Below are positions 1-15,200 of a stretch of 64,000 bases of DNA, one piece after another. Below the pieces are notes generated by a model. That model did not search any database. It saw nothing but the letters and a program-made list of their open reading frames with translations, and was not told the origin of the DNA. How positions within the stretch are numbered: the stretch's first letter is position 1; every line of letters begins with the position of its first letter. The position numbers and the translations under genes are program-made. Where the stretch lies: positions 126,189 through 190,188 of the forward strand of contig CAJNYD010000011.1 of assembly GCA_905331295.1 (NCBI GenBank), read 5' to 3'. The stretch comes from Rotaria socialis (taxonomy: Eukaryota).

Positions 1-212
1 TTAGTTCCTCGACGCACATACACCATCTTACTTAGCAACGTATTTATATATGTATATACATAAGCGCAAACACTTACTCAGAAGATTCTTCATGTTGAAT
101 TATATGAAGCGATAAGAGACGTTAATATATAACAGTATACAAAGATAGTAACTATAACAACTATTTCTCTTTTTCTATACGAGAAGAAATAGCATACGAT
201 ACAATTAATAAG

Positions 213-3200
213 ATGTTTTCACGACCGAGAGCGAATGTCTCGGTTGTTGAATATGCGGTGAGCCATTTAATATAGATTTTTCAAATAAGATAATTTGTTT
301 CTATTATGTTCTTAGCAACGCCTTCGTGATGAACGTGAACAGAAACGATCAGGCCTCGATGACCGACATCGATATTTTTTTGATATTATCGCAACTCGAA
401 TTGGAAAACTGCGCTCCGAAGTTGAAGATAATATTCTTGAAAGTCCCAACGTAAGTTTATCATCTTGAAACAATATCATTCAAAAATAATTGTATTATCA
501 TATTAGTTTAATTTTATGAATCAATTTTTCATTGCTGATGGCAATCAATATCTGGTTTTTTTCTATCAAGAACCTGAAATAGAAAACACTCAAAGTGAAC
601 GTATGAAAAAATAACTTGTACTTTGTTGTTATGCTTGAATTTTCAAATAAATTTGTTTTCTAGTTGACATATACCGACCTCGTCATTCATCATATTCTAG
701 TCGGTCAGGTGAAAGTAGTACAAAAAAGATAACAACTAAAGTGATTATAGCTAATCCAAATGAGCAATCACTTCACGGAATATGTCTATCTTTCATACGG
801 AATTCAAAAGCACTGATGATCACAGAACAAAATATCGCTGCTGTACGTTATTCAGCGTTCAACTAACTGTCGTTGACATGCTATAATACCTCGTTAAATT
901 GTTTTTTTTATTGTAGGAAGTATGTTTTTATGCATTCGAATGCAATGCTGGATCGTTATTGGAAGCATTAAGTCGATCAATATCGGATGTTTATGTACCG
1001 TATCTTCAAACAACTGCAATGAATTGGAGTCCGAATAAGGATCCAATGGTTAAAATTAAATTTCTTGGCCATTTGAATAATTTTATTGATACACTAAATA
1101 GTGCAGATGAAAGTGTCAAAGAAAAAATTCTATTAGCACCGTGTCGAGATATTGATTTGAAACAGATAAAAACTGCGGCTGATTATGTTTCGGTAGCATC
1201 AAGTAGTGAATATTTATCATATATTGAAGAAACCATGAAAAAATGGATATCTCAATTGGAAGCAGTAAAAAATTGAAAACGAATCGTATTTTATTAGAAA
1301 AATTAATTTTCTCTTTTCTTTTTATTTCCCAAAAAAATTAAAAGGTTTTAGCAGAAAGCGAACAAATTCGTCGTGAAGCCGATGATATTGGTCCACGAGC
1401 TGAATTGAACTATTGGAAACGACGCATGACAAAATTTAATTTTCTACTTGATCAAATAAAAGCACATGAAGTAAAAGCTGTATTAACGATTTTACAAACT
1501 GCAAAATCGAAACTTATTCAAGTAAAATTCAAAATGAATTTATTCTCGATACATTCTTCTTCTTCTTTTTTCGATAGACATGGAGAACACTCGATGGAAA
1601 AATTACGGATGCAGCCAATGAAGCTAAGGATAATGTTCGATATTTATATACATTGGAAAAATTTTATGAACCATTATATAACTCTGATCCAGTTGCAATG
1701 CTTGAATATATACCCGGATTGATTAATGCTGTACGAATGATACATTCGATTTCACAATATTATAATACATCTGAACGAATGACATCGTTATTTATAAAAG
1801 TGAGTTTGAGTTTTTTTTCTTCTTAAAATCATGGATTTGCTAGAAGAGAATAAGACCATTATTGTCATTAATATTAAATAAATTATGCACGAAGTAAACT
1901 TTGCTTAGTAGAGTTTCGATTTTTTTAAATAGAATATTGAAGAGAGAAAAAGTCTAAAGAGGAAGAAGTTGTTAGCGCTATCCCTGCGGGCATTCAAATG
2001 TAAGACATAGTGTAACTGCCGTTGTTAATCATGAGGAGATTTTATTTATAGATACGAATTGGAATTGAATGTTGAGACAAAAGTGTATTGAGAATCCAAA
2101 GTTTTACTCCTAAACTTCAATACTTTTTCAAGTAGTCGTTCCGCAGAATTTGTCGGATGCATTAAAAAGAAACGTTTTTTTATTAATATTTTTGTTGCTA
2201 TTCTTTTTCAATCAATCATACATTCTATAAATGATTCGTAATGACCGGAACTTATGATGACGACAACATGTTTTAAAGTTCTATAGTGCTATATAATTAT
2301 GTGTCTACATGTAGTTTTATTGAAAGCAATAATGAAAAGAAATGAAAGGAAATAATTGTAAGATACTAAATTCTATAACGAGCATATTCAAGACTCAATT
2401 GAAAAACGATGTACCCATTGAGAGAACTCTACAATCCTTGTTTTAATATTACGCTCAAAAAACGTTTCAGTAATTTATTCATGCGACAAAAATTCTGATC
2501 ATCAGGATCGAAATAATAATGACTAGAAGTGTTTGTTAAGTTCTATGATTTGTTTTTTGATTCAACTCAGATATCAATCGATGACAGGCTTGCAGAAAAA
2601 GTCATGTAAACTCCTAATGTGAAAGCCAACGAAGCTACGATGATTAAAGTAAAATACTTCTAAAATGTGTATGTCATTGATTCTTCAATCACAATGTGAG
2701 AAAAATATTTATTAAAATATGACATTTAACTTACACAGAATGAATGCAACTTTTCACAATATATTTAACAAACGCTTAAATATCTAAACAATAATTAGGT
2801 GTGAATGAGATTAACTGTTTCTTTTAAATTCCTGGTTTTCATTAGCATGACAAATCAAAAAAATAGTAAATTGTCGATACCATACTAATGAATTGTAACC
2901 TCGTTAATCTATCATTTTTGTTTTAATACTAACATAAATATGCTTGGTGTGCTATCAATATTATTCCGAGTTTAACTACCAATAAGTCATTATTAACGGC
3001 GAAAAAAAGAACCGATTTTCAATTTTTTAATAGATAACAAATCAAATGATTACCTCGTCGAAAATCTACATCACGAGTAATTATAGCCAAACAGTTTGGT
3101 CACAAAGCCAAGAACAAGTTATATCCAAAATGCGTGATTGTATTAAATTAAATAAAGAATATCAATTTTCTTTTCAATTAACAAAAACTAAATTAGCGTC

Positions 3201-6200
3201 GAGTTCTACTGAACGTCCATTTGATTTTAGTGAAATGTATATATTTGGCAAATTCGATTCATTTGTGCGACGATGCGAAAAAATTATTGATATCTATTCA
3301 ATAATTAATATGTACTCGTGTTTAGCTGAATCTAAAATCGAAGGTATATCATCATTTCATTTGAAATTTAATGGTATGGTTATAACGCTGAAGAAACAAG
3401 ATTACGATTTTTTGGATCAACGTAAACAAGAAGTTGATCATGATTTAGATGATTTCCGTCAGTCTGTAGGAGATCTTCATCAAAATCTAAATGTATTTCT
3501 TGATAAATATTTTGATGCTATAAAAAATACTGAACGTGCATTAACGACATTAAAACGTTTTGAAAAATTAAAAATACCAAATATTGGTTTAAACGAAAAA
3601 TATGTAAAGATTCTACAGCAATATTCAAAAGATGTTGATTTAGTAGCAAAAATTTATCAAAAATATTCTGCCGAACCACCTATTCAAAGAGATTTACCAC
3701 CAGTTGCTGGTAGGAAAAGCTCGATGCATTGTTGGTTTCTTATTTATTTTCTTTTTTTTTGTAAGGTCGAATTATTTGGGCTCGACAACTATATAAACGT
3801 CTTCAACAACCCATGGATATATTTGTTGCTAATAAAACAATTCTTCAATATCCTGATGCAAAAAAAATCATTAAAAATTATAATCAATTATCGAAAGTGC
3901 TTCTTTCCTATGAAATTCTCTATCATCGCGGATGGCTTCGTCAAGTTGATGTTGTATCAACTGGTATTCATTCGAGTATATTGATTCGTGTTAAGCGTGA
4001 TGAAGCCGGACCAGCTGCATCCATTAATGGACAATCACCATCATCATCATCAATCGTAATGTCAACATCGGACACGAATCCTGAATATTTTGTTAATTTT
4101 GATCCAAATATTCTTGAATTAATACGTGAAACTCAATGTTTAGCACGTTTAAATTTAGAAATACCTGAAGAAGCTGCTTCATTAGTACAACGTGAAAATT
4201 TTCTTAAAAAACATTTTCAAGATTTAACACAATTAGTTGAAAAAAATAAACAACTACGTGAAAAAATAAAACAACCATTTGAAGCACTTTTGACACCGAA
4301 AATTCATCGTTTAAATGATATCATTCATCCTGGCTTAACTTCAATAACATGGGTCTCGTTAACAATTGATGATTTTGTCAATACAGTTCGTTGAATTCTT
4401 TTTTTAACGACTATCATATTGTTTCTGATTCTTCAATAGGTTAATTCAGCATTAGATGAATTTAATTTAAGTTTAGAACGAATAAATAATCTTCTAGCAT
4501 ATCGTGTTGACGCCGTACTCGATGAAATAGCTACGACAACTCTTTGTGATCTACCAGAAGATGAACCAATAGCACCAGCAGAATTCCTACAACAGACTCA
4601 AGTAATTCAAAAATTATAATAGAAAACGATATTTTTCATTTACCTCTGTAAATAGGAATTATGCGATCTTGCAGCAAAACATATTCAAATGAAATCTCAT
4701 CATGTTGAAGATGCTGTTCTCGAAGTTGTTGATCTTTTGTGTGGAGATTTCATAGATGCAAATGCTGAGAGCGAACTACAAATACAATATTCAAATACGG
4801 ATATAGATTTCGATGACGATGAATACGATGGTTCGATTCTTTTATTTTATATCAATTAAGCAGTTCGAAAACATTTATTTTATTCTAGAAGAAAAATCAG
4901 TCAATAATGATTCAAGCTCACAAAAATCGCATCGACCAACAACTACAACAAATCGATTAAGACAAGATTCATCTGGAATATCAGCATCAGCACGAAAAAA
5001 ATCTTCAACTCTTTTAACAACATCAATACGTCACAAACGACAACAGAAGAAAGAATTCTTACGCAATGCTATCACAGAATTACTTCATTATTTTAATCAT
5101 AAAAATCTCGATGCTATTATTAAAGTTATTCGAATAACTTTAGAAAGAATACGAAAACGAATTCCAACAACTCTTAATTATGGTAAGCAAAAAAGAAAGA
5201 ACTTTTTCTTTTTTTATTCTAGCAAATTTATAATTGATTTAGATCAAAATCAACGAGATGTACCAATCTTTAAAATTTTTGCTGAATTATTAATACCAAC
5301 TGTAACTGTGCAACCACCAATTGACGAAGTACAAATTTATCTAAATAAAGCTGTGAAAGCCATTATTTCTATTTCAAAATATATTTCACAATGGAGCAAA
5401 GATCGATCAAGAGTAAGTAACATTTGTTTGAAAAATAAAGACTAAAGTTTGCGAAGGAAAAAACACTATCGGAATTTAGTTCAAAGAAAAAGTTTTTGAA
5501 TATTGTTCATTCTCTGTTTCTAGACAGTTCCATTATCTTTGAATTTAATTCAAGTATTAACTGAAATTAGATTTCAGAAGTCGACTTGTGATGATTTCTA
5601 TTCGTTAAAAAGATCTAGTAGTCAAATAGATTTCTCTGATGTGTGTTTTCTTCCGTTGGAAATAACGATTTTATTTTCATATTTAAAACTGCATGAATCT
5701 TTACAAATTACTAGTGAAAATATAACCACAGATAAATTCATTGTTTCTTTTATTTTATTATTTTCAGGGAAAACGTAAGGGTCAATTGGAACCAAAAAGT
5801 AATCTGAATTCTCAAGAACAGGAACGTCTTCGTGCAATAAATTCTATGACAGAACGTAACGATGAAGACAATGCAGTTTACGGTGGTTATAATTCTGAAT
5901 CATTTCGAATCGATTTAAATCCTCAAGGAATAATGACTTCAACAAATGTCAACAGTGGAACACGATTCAATGCTCGCGTTGATCAACAGCAAATATCTAA
6001 AGTGCAATTTACTGTGGATAACAACTTTTTCAAAAGTGTATCTGAAAACAAAGATATTGCTAAATTAGTATCTCAATTAGCAACTTGCATTACTACAACT
6101 AAAAGTGTAGGCAATGAAACAAATTTTCCTTTTTTTATTATGAATTAATTTTTTCTCTTTTTCGATCGATAGGATATTATATCAGGACTTAAAATCTTTA

Positions 6201-9200
6201 CACAATATAATTTATTATGGCAAATAGATCGCGATGAACAAGTGAAACTCTTTGAGTCTAAAAAGCCACACGTATCAGAATATGAAATTAAAATAAAATA
6301 CTATGAAAATCTTGCGTCAAGTATTAATTCACAATTGGAATTCATATCTATTGGGCCATTTGCTATATTTACCAGTATATATTATATTCTTTTTTTCTTC
6401 ATGAAAACAATAGATAAAGTTAAAACTGTGTTTTTCTTTTAAATCTAGAACATTTGAAATTTGCTCTTAATCAAGAAGTTCGTGATTGGATTGTTGTTTA
6501 TGGTCAATCTTGTAATGTCAAATATCAAAAAGAATTGAATGATGTTTTAAAATTTATTGAAAATATTGAAAATCGTTTATCACGAGGGATAAAAGACTTA
6601 GAAGATATTCGTTTAATAATGATGGCTGTAAAAGATTTAAGAGAAAATGAAATACATATTGACATGAGTATAACACCTATTGAAGAATCGTATGCTATAC
6701 TACAACTACATAATATTAGTATACCTCGAGAAGATATTGAACGAGCTGATTCTCTTCGATATCGATGGGAAAAATTGCAAATGCGTTGCGTAAGATTAAA
6801 TTTTATCTGACGTATTCTCTCGATAGATGTATTTATTTTTATAGACTGAAGTGACATCAAAATTACTTGAAATTCAACCACAATATCGATCTGAGCTATT
6901 AAGCAATGTGAAAATATTTAAACGAGAATGTGCACAATTTTATATTGATTATGAACAACGTGGACCAACAGCACCTGGCCTAACACCACGAGAATCCAGT
7001 GATAGACAAATGTTATTTCAAAGTCGCGTAGAAAATCTATATAAAAGATATGAAACATATCATGGCGGCGAGGAATTATTTGGTTTACCTATAACTGAGT
7101 ATCCACAGTTAGAAAAACTTCGAAAATATTTATTATTATTACAACATCTTTACAGTTTATATAATAAAGTACTGGATACTGTTGCAAGTTATTTTGATAT
7201 AGCTTGGACTGATGTTAATATTGATAAAATCAAACAAGAATTATCCGATTTTCAAACATCTTGTAGAAGATTACCAAAAGGTCTAAGAGAATTTCCAGCA
7301 TTTCACGCATTGAAGAAAACTATTGATGATTTCAATGAATGTAAGTTTGAATTGACAACAAAAACCGATCTATTGTGAGTATTGTATGTATGTTATCTAT
7401 AGGTTGTCCTTTATTGGAGATGATGTCAAATCCTGCTGTAAAATCTCGTCATTGGCAACGCATAGCTGAAGTAACTGATACGAAGAATTTAGATGTTGAA
7501 ATGGAAGATTTTCGTTTGAGAAATGTTATGGATTTACCGTTATTACAATATAAAGAAGACATAGAAGATATTTGTATTGCTGCTGTTAAAGAATGCGATA
7601 TTGAAGCTAAACTTAAACAAGTTGAATCTGATTGGAAAAATCAAGAATTTAAGTTTGCACAATTTAAACTTCGAGGTGAACTATTACTTAAAGGTGATCG
7701 AATTCAAGAAGTGATTAGTCTATTAGAAGATTCTCTTATGTTACTTGGCTCATTGATGTCAAATAGGTTTGTAATTTCGTTTAGGAAATTAAAAGGAAAT
7801 AAATCTTTAACTGTCATAGATATAATGTTCCATTTCGGAAACAAATTCAAAAATGGGTTAAAAATTTAACCGATACCAATGAAATCATTGAAAATTGGAT
7901 GTACGTACAAAATCTATGGGTATATCTCGAGGCTGTTTTTGTCGGTGGTGATATTGCTAAACAATTGCCGCAGGAAGCAAAACGATTTTCGTCGATTGAT
8001 AAATCTTGGCTTAAAATAATGTATAAAGCACATGAACAACCAACAGTCGTACAATGTTGTACTGCCGATGATACATTAAAACAACTCTTACCACATCTTC
8101 TTGAACAACTTGAATTGTGCCAAAAATCATTAACTGGCTATTTAGAACGCAAGCGTCTTTTATTTCCGCGTTTCTTTTTTGTTTCTGATCCAGCACTACT
8201 AGAAATCTTAGGTCAAGCGAGTGATCCACATACAATTAAAGCACATCTATTAAGTGTTTTTGATAATATTAAAACAGTGAAATTTCATGAGAGAGATTAT
8301 GATAAAATTTTAAATATCGAATCATCTGAAGGTGAAATTGTTGATGTAAGATTAAAATGAATTTTATCTGTGATTGTTATTTTTTAAATTATTTTATTCA
8401 TTTAGCTTGAAAAACCTGTGAAAGCAGAAGGTAATGTCGAAGTATGGTTGATGTCTCTTCTGAAAGAATCTCATCGATCTTTGCATGGTGTTATTCGTCA
8501 AGCGTATAGTGCTCTATCTGATAAACAATCATTTCATCTCATTGAATTTCTTAACAGTTACCCATCACAAGTTGGACTTTTAGGTTTGCAAATCATCTGG
8601 ACACGTGATACGACAGATGCACTACGTCATGCTAAACTTAATAGAAATTTGATGAGACAAACAGCAAAAGTGTTTAGTGAATTGCTTGATATATTAATCA
8701 ATCAGACAACGAAAAGTCTATCAACCGTTGAACGCACCAAGTATGAAACATTAATAACAATTCAAGTACATCAAAAAGATATATTCGATGAACTTTTACA
8801 AACAAATATTCGTTCAGTCGCTGATTTTGATTGGCTTAAACAGACAAGATTCTATTTTAATGAAGATTTAGATAAAGTACAAATAGCCATTACCGATGTT
8901 GATTTCACTTACATGAATGAGTTTCTTGGTTGTACTGAACGTTTAGTTATTACACCATTGACTGATCGATGTTATATTACATTAGCACAAGCATTACACA
9001 TGAGTATGGGTGGAGCACCTGCTGGACCAGCTGGAACAGGTAAAATGATTTCGTTACAATCTTGAAACAAGCAGTGTTTTAGGTGAAATTGTTTTGAGAT
9101 TGTGGATTTCTGTCAAAAATCATAATAAATTCTAGAATTGGGAGAAGTTCTTACATCGTTTCCGCGCGAGATGCTGTATCTCCTCCGAAGGTATTGAGTA

Positions 9201-12200
9201 TTTCTCCAATTTTCGACATATTTGCCATCGTTCGGAAAGTCAGATTAAAAATCATGTTACTGTATGCATTTTAATTCTAATGAATTTTAAAGCAAAATTC
9301 GCTAACAGCACTTTTGACTACAGAGTAAATTATTTTAATGTTTTAGGAAAAACTGAAACTGTGAAAGATATGGGACGAAGTCTTGGAAAATATGTTGTTG
9401 TAAGTAACTGATGAAGCTATTTTTTTTCTTTTGAATAAACCATTTAATTTTATATTAATAATAGGTATTTAATTGTTCTGATCAAATGGATTTTCGTGGC
9501 TTAGGTCGTATATTTAAAGGTCTAGCTCAATCTGGTTCTTACGGTTGTTTCGATGAATTTAATCGTATTGATTTGCCTGTACTCTCGGTTGCTGCACAAC
9601 AAATAGCTATTGTTCTTGCCTGTAAAAAAGAGCGAAAACGTCATTTCGTTTTTACTGATGGTGATATGATTGAAATGAATATGGAGTTCGGAATATTTCT
9701 AACAATGAATCCAGGCTATGCTGGTCGACAGGAATTTCCAGAAAATTTAAAAATTAATTTTCGTTCTGTCGCTATGATGGTGCCGGATCGTCTACCAATT
9801 ATTCGTGTTAAAATGGCTGCAAGTGGTTTCAGAGATAATGTTTCTTTATCAAAGAAATTTTACACACTTTATATATTATGTGAAGAACAACTTAGTAAAC
9901 AAGTAAGAATTTCATTTCTTTTCTTTTTCAACAAAAAAAGCATTTCGAATGAAATAAATTCTAGGTTCATTATGACTTTGGTCTACGAAATATTCTATCC
10001 GTACTACGAACATTGGGTGCAGTTAAACGTGCCAATAAAGAAGATGCCGAAAAGACTATTGTGATGCGAGTACTTCGCGATATGAATTTATCAAAATTAG
10101 TATGTCGATTTACTTTTTAATTGTTTTGATCATGTTCTAACAATAATTTTGTTTTATTTTAATATAGGTTGATGAAGATGAACCTTTATTCCTATCATTA
10201 ATCAATGATCTTTTTCCAAATATAAAATTAGAAAAAGAAACGTATGCTGAATTAGAAATGGCTATCGAAAGAGAAGTGCAATCGGCTGGACTTATTAGTC
10301 ATCCATCGTGGATATTGAAAATAATTCAAGTAATTAATTTTATTCTTCGTTTTTAATATTCAAATGGTTCTTGATCTTGCTGGTTTTCTTTTCTTTCTCT
10401 TGTATAGTTATATGAAACTCAGCGTGTTCGTCATGGTATGATGACATTAGGACCAGCTGGTGTTGGCAAAACGTGTTGTATTCATACATTGATGAAAGCT
10501 ATGACAATATGTGGTGAACCACATCGTGAAATGCGTATGAATCCAAAATCGATCACAGCACCACAAATGTTTGGTCGATTAGATGCAGCAACAAATGATT
10601 GGACCGATGGAATATTTTCAACATTATGGCGACGAACATTACGTTCGAAGAAAGGTGAATTTATTTGGCTCGTTCTAGATGGTCCTGTCGATGCTATTTG
10701 GATTGAAAATTTAAATTCAGTATTGGATGATAATAAAAAGTTAACATTAGCTAATGGTGATCTAATTCCAATGGCACCAAATTGTAAAATTATTTTTGAA
10801 GTACACAATATTGATAATGCATCACCAGCTACTGTTAGTAGAAATGGTATGGTTTACATGAGTAGTTCTGGTTTAGATTGGCGACCATTAATTCAAGTAT
10901 GTATCCATGTAGTTTGTTAGTAGAATCTTTACTTAGTTTTAATGTGAACTTAAGATGAATTCTTTAATATGTGGAATATGCGTCGAGTAAAAAGGATCTA
11001 AACAGGCTAGAATTATTTTTTCATGAATCATCAATCGTTCAGGAAGCAATACCTTTTGCTAACGATTGTAATAGATACTCATTGTATTCCATAGTAGTTG
11101 TATCTGAATAGGCTCAGAAATATTGTTAATATGTGTTATTGAAAATTTGTGTGAATTGTTTCGTTAATGTCTTCTAGAATGATTTTCTATTGAAAAGTAC
11201 CTCTGACAAAGAATACTGATGATGGTTGCTATGAAAGTGTAGAAATAGCTTCCATTTGAGATTTCTATTTATTCTATGTTCTTTTTTTTCTCGAAAGATA
11301 AAAACCTCAAATCTTATTTTCAATAGGGTTGGATTAAACGCGATCGTTCAAATTATGATGGTGACATCTTGATGCGTTTATTTGAACAATCATTTCCATT
11401 TATTTATCGATATTTTTCACTTTATCTTAAATCAAAAATGCCTGTACTTGAATGCATGATTGTATCTCAGGTAGATCATTGCTCTTGTTGTATTCTTCAA
11501 ATTTTAATTTTCAAATTTAGGCCTGTAAATTGTTAAATGGTTTATTACCTTTAAAAGAAGCGAAAGATCAATTCACAATACAACATATTGAACGTTTATA
11601 TGTATTCTCTATAATGTGGTCGATTGGTGCTTTTCTTGAACTTGATGATCGAGCACGTTTACAAGCATTTTTATCTAATAATCCTGATTCTAATTTTCGT
11701 TTGGATACACCCATTCTACCAGCTGATAGTGAAGATACAATGTTTGATTATTTTGTTCATGAGAAAACAGGTGCATGGACACACTGGAATCTTATTGTTA
11801 CTGAATATATCTATCCAAAAGATCATGATCCTGAATATGCATCGATTCTTGTGCCAAATGTTGATAATGTTCGAACTGATTTTCTTATTCATACAATAGC
11901 AAAACAGCAAAAAGTAAACTAAACTTACGAAAAATGTAACATAGTTGATAATACATATCTATATGTCGAATCTCCTTTTAGGCTGTTCTACTCATTGGTG
12001 AACAAGGTACAGCTAAAACAGTTATTATGCAAGCATATTTAAATAAATATAATGCTGAAAAACATGTACAGAAAACAATCAATTTTTCATCGGCAACAAG
12101 TCCCAATATGTTTCAAAGAGTTATCGAATCGTTTGTTGATAAACGCGTTGGAACAACTTGTGGTCCGCCAGCGGGCAAAAAAATGACCGTATTTATTGAT

Positions 12201-15200
12201 GATAGTACGTAGAAAAAAAAAAGACATAATTTTCAAGAGCAGATTTAGATGTTAAATTTTTATTAATTTCTTTTAGTTAATCTGCCATTAATCAATGAAT
12301 GGGGCGATCAAATAACGAATGAAATTGTTCGTCAACTGATGGAACAAAATGGTTTTTATTCATTAGAAAAACCTGGTGAATTTACAACTATTGTTGATAT
12401 ACAAGTTATTGCTGCTATGATACATCCAGGTGGCGGTCGAAATGATATTCCGCAACGTCTTAAACGTCATTTTTGTACATTTAATTGTACATTACCATCA
12501 AATGTACCAATTGATAAAATCTTTTCTGTTATTGCAAAAGGACACTATGCTAAAGAGCGTGGATTTAATGACGAAGTACGATCACTTATTGACAAAGTTG
12601 TACCAGCTACAAGACGCTTATGGCAATTGACAAAAGTTAAAATGTTACCAACACCTGCAAAATTTCATTATGTTTTTAATTTACGAGATCTTTCACGTAT
12701 TTGGCAAGGAATAATTAATACAATTCCACAAGTTGTTAATAATGAAAAAAATTTATTGACTTTATGGAAACATGAATGTTCACGAGTTATATGCGATAGG
12801 TAAGTCCGAGCGAAAGCAAAGTTGAAGGAGATATATCATGGTTTATTAAAGTGTTAAATCTATCTCTCAAGAAAGAATAGCCTTCAAAAAGCGATTTCTA
12901 TGAGACTAGAAAAAGATTGAAAGAGCCGCTCATATATCGTTATTTGAAGACGTGAAAGAACAGACTCCATGAAATCTTCAAAAACAAATTCGAGAATAGT
13001 TTGTATCGTGTTGCTTATTACAGCTAGAATCTGTGATATTTATTTGCAAGAGAGAGAGAAATCATAAAATTACATTATTTTCATAGATTCACAGAATTGG
13101 ATGATTATCGTTGGTTTTCAAAAACACTGGAACGTGTGGTTGACGAAGAATTAGGTTCGAAATATCAATCCATAATAAAACGAGATGATTGGTTTGTCGA
13201 TTTCTTAAGGTATTGTTTTTGTTTTTTGAATTATTTCATGTTTACATCTTTTCATTGATCAATTCATTTTTCTAGAGATGCACCAGAACCCACAGGTGAT
13301 GAACCAGAAGACGCAGATTTTGATGCACCAAAAATCTACGAACCTATACCTTCATTGAACGTTCTTGAAGATCGCTTAAAAATGTATTTAACACAATATA
13401 ACGAGAGTATTCGTGGTTCAGGAATGGATCTAGTCTTTTTTAAAGATGCCATGACACATCTTGTAAAAATATCTCGTATAATTCGAACACCACGTGGTAA
13501 CGCTCTATTAGTTGGTGTTGGTGGTAGTGGTAAACAATCACTAACAAAACTAGCTTCGTTTATCGCCGGTTATAAAACATTTCAAATAGCATTGACACGT
13601 GCATATAATGCCAATAACTTATTAGAAGATTTAAAAACACTCTATCTTATTGCTGGAAGAGATGGAAAAGGCATAGCGTTTATATTTTCCGATCAAGATA
13701 TTAAAGATGAATCATTTCTAGAATATATTAACAATGTACTTTCATCAGGAGTTGTATGTTGAATTTTGTGTCATTCAATGAATTTCATGATTCATATAAT
13801 TGCCGTTTGTTTTTAAGGTACCGGGAATGTTTGCAAGAGATGAAATGGATGAAATATGCCAAGAATTAGTACCCATCATGAAAAAACAATATCCACGAAG
13901 ACCACCAACAAATGAAAATCTATTTGATTATTTTCTAAGTCGTGTTCGACAAAATTTACATGTTGCTTTATGTTTTTCACCTGTTGGTGAAAAATTTCGT
14001 AAACGAAGTAAAATTTAAAATACAAATGTTTGCTTTTCCGTACATCTTAAGAAATTTATTTTCGTCTAGGTCTACAATTTCCTGGTCTTGTTGCAAATTG
14101 TACAATCGATTGGTTTCTTCGTTGGCCACGTGATGCCCTTGTTGCTGTTGCTGATCATTTTCTTTCATCATTTTCTACTGTTTCATCTGACGAAATTAAG
14201 AAGCAACTCGTACAATGTATGGGTTCAGTACATGATGGTGTAGCCGAATATTGCTTACAATATTTTCAAAAATATCGTCGAGCAACACATGTTACACCAA
14301 AATCATATCTTGCATTTCTCAATGGTTATAAAGAAATCTATACTCAAAAATTAAATGACATCGAATCTATGGCTAAACGTATGAATGATGGGCTTACACG
14401 TTTAGCTGACGCTGAAAAAGCTGTTATATTTATGAAAGAAGAATTAACAATCAAAGAAAAAGAACTGGATGTTGCAAATCAAAAAGCTGATCAAGTTCTA
14501 AAACAAGTTACGATTAAAAAAGGAGCAGCAGAAATTGTTCGACAGCAAGTTAAGAAAGTGAAAGATACAGCACAAACATTAGTCGATGAAATACATAGAG
14601 ACAAAATACAAGCAAATGCTGAACTTGAAAAGGCAACGCCAGCATTAATTGTATGTTTTTCTTAAATTTCAATATGAAATATCATTCGATTGTAATACAA
14701 TTTTTTTTTTCTAGGCAGCTGAAGAAGCTTTAAAAACAATATCATCGGGAGATATTTCTGTTGTGCGTCAATTAAAACATCCACCACGTCTTATTCGTCA
14801 AATAATGGATTGTGTCTTAATTCTTTTTGGGCGTCAATTAAATAGTCCAACTAATTTTGATTATGAATTACAAGGACCTTCGCCAAGTTGGGAATTATCA
14901 ATAAGAGTATAACACTTTTGTTTTGAATACATGTATATGCCCTTCACAATAAGATTCCTTCTATTTTCTATAGATGATGATTGAAACAAATTTTCTTCAA
15001 AATCTTCAATCGTTTCCGCGTGATCGAATTAATGATGAACAAATTGAACTGCTTCAACCATATTTTCGTGTACCTGACTATACACCCGAAGGTGCTAGAG
15101 TAGCTGCTGGTGCTATAGCTGGTTTATTAACATGGACGCGTGCTATGGCAGAATTTTTTTATGTTAATAAACGTGTTCTTCCATTAAAAGCCAATTTAGC

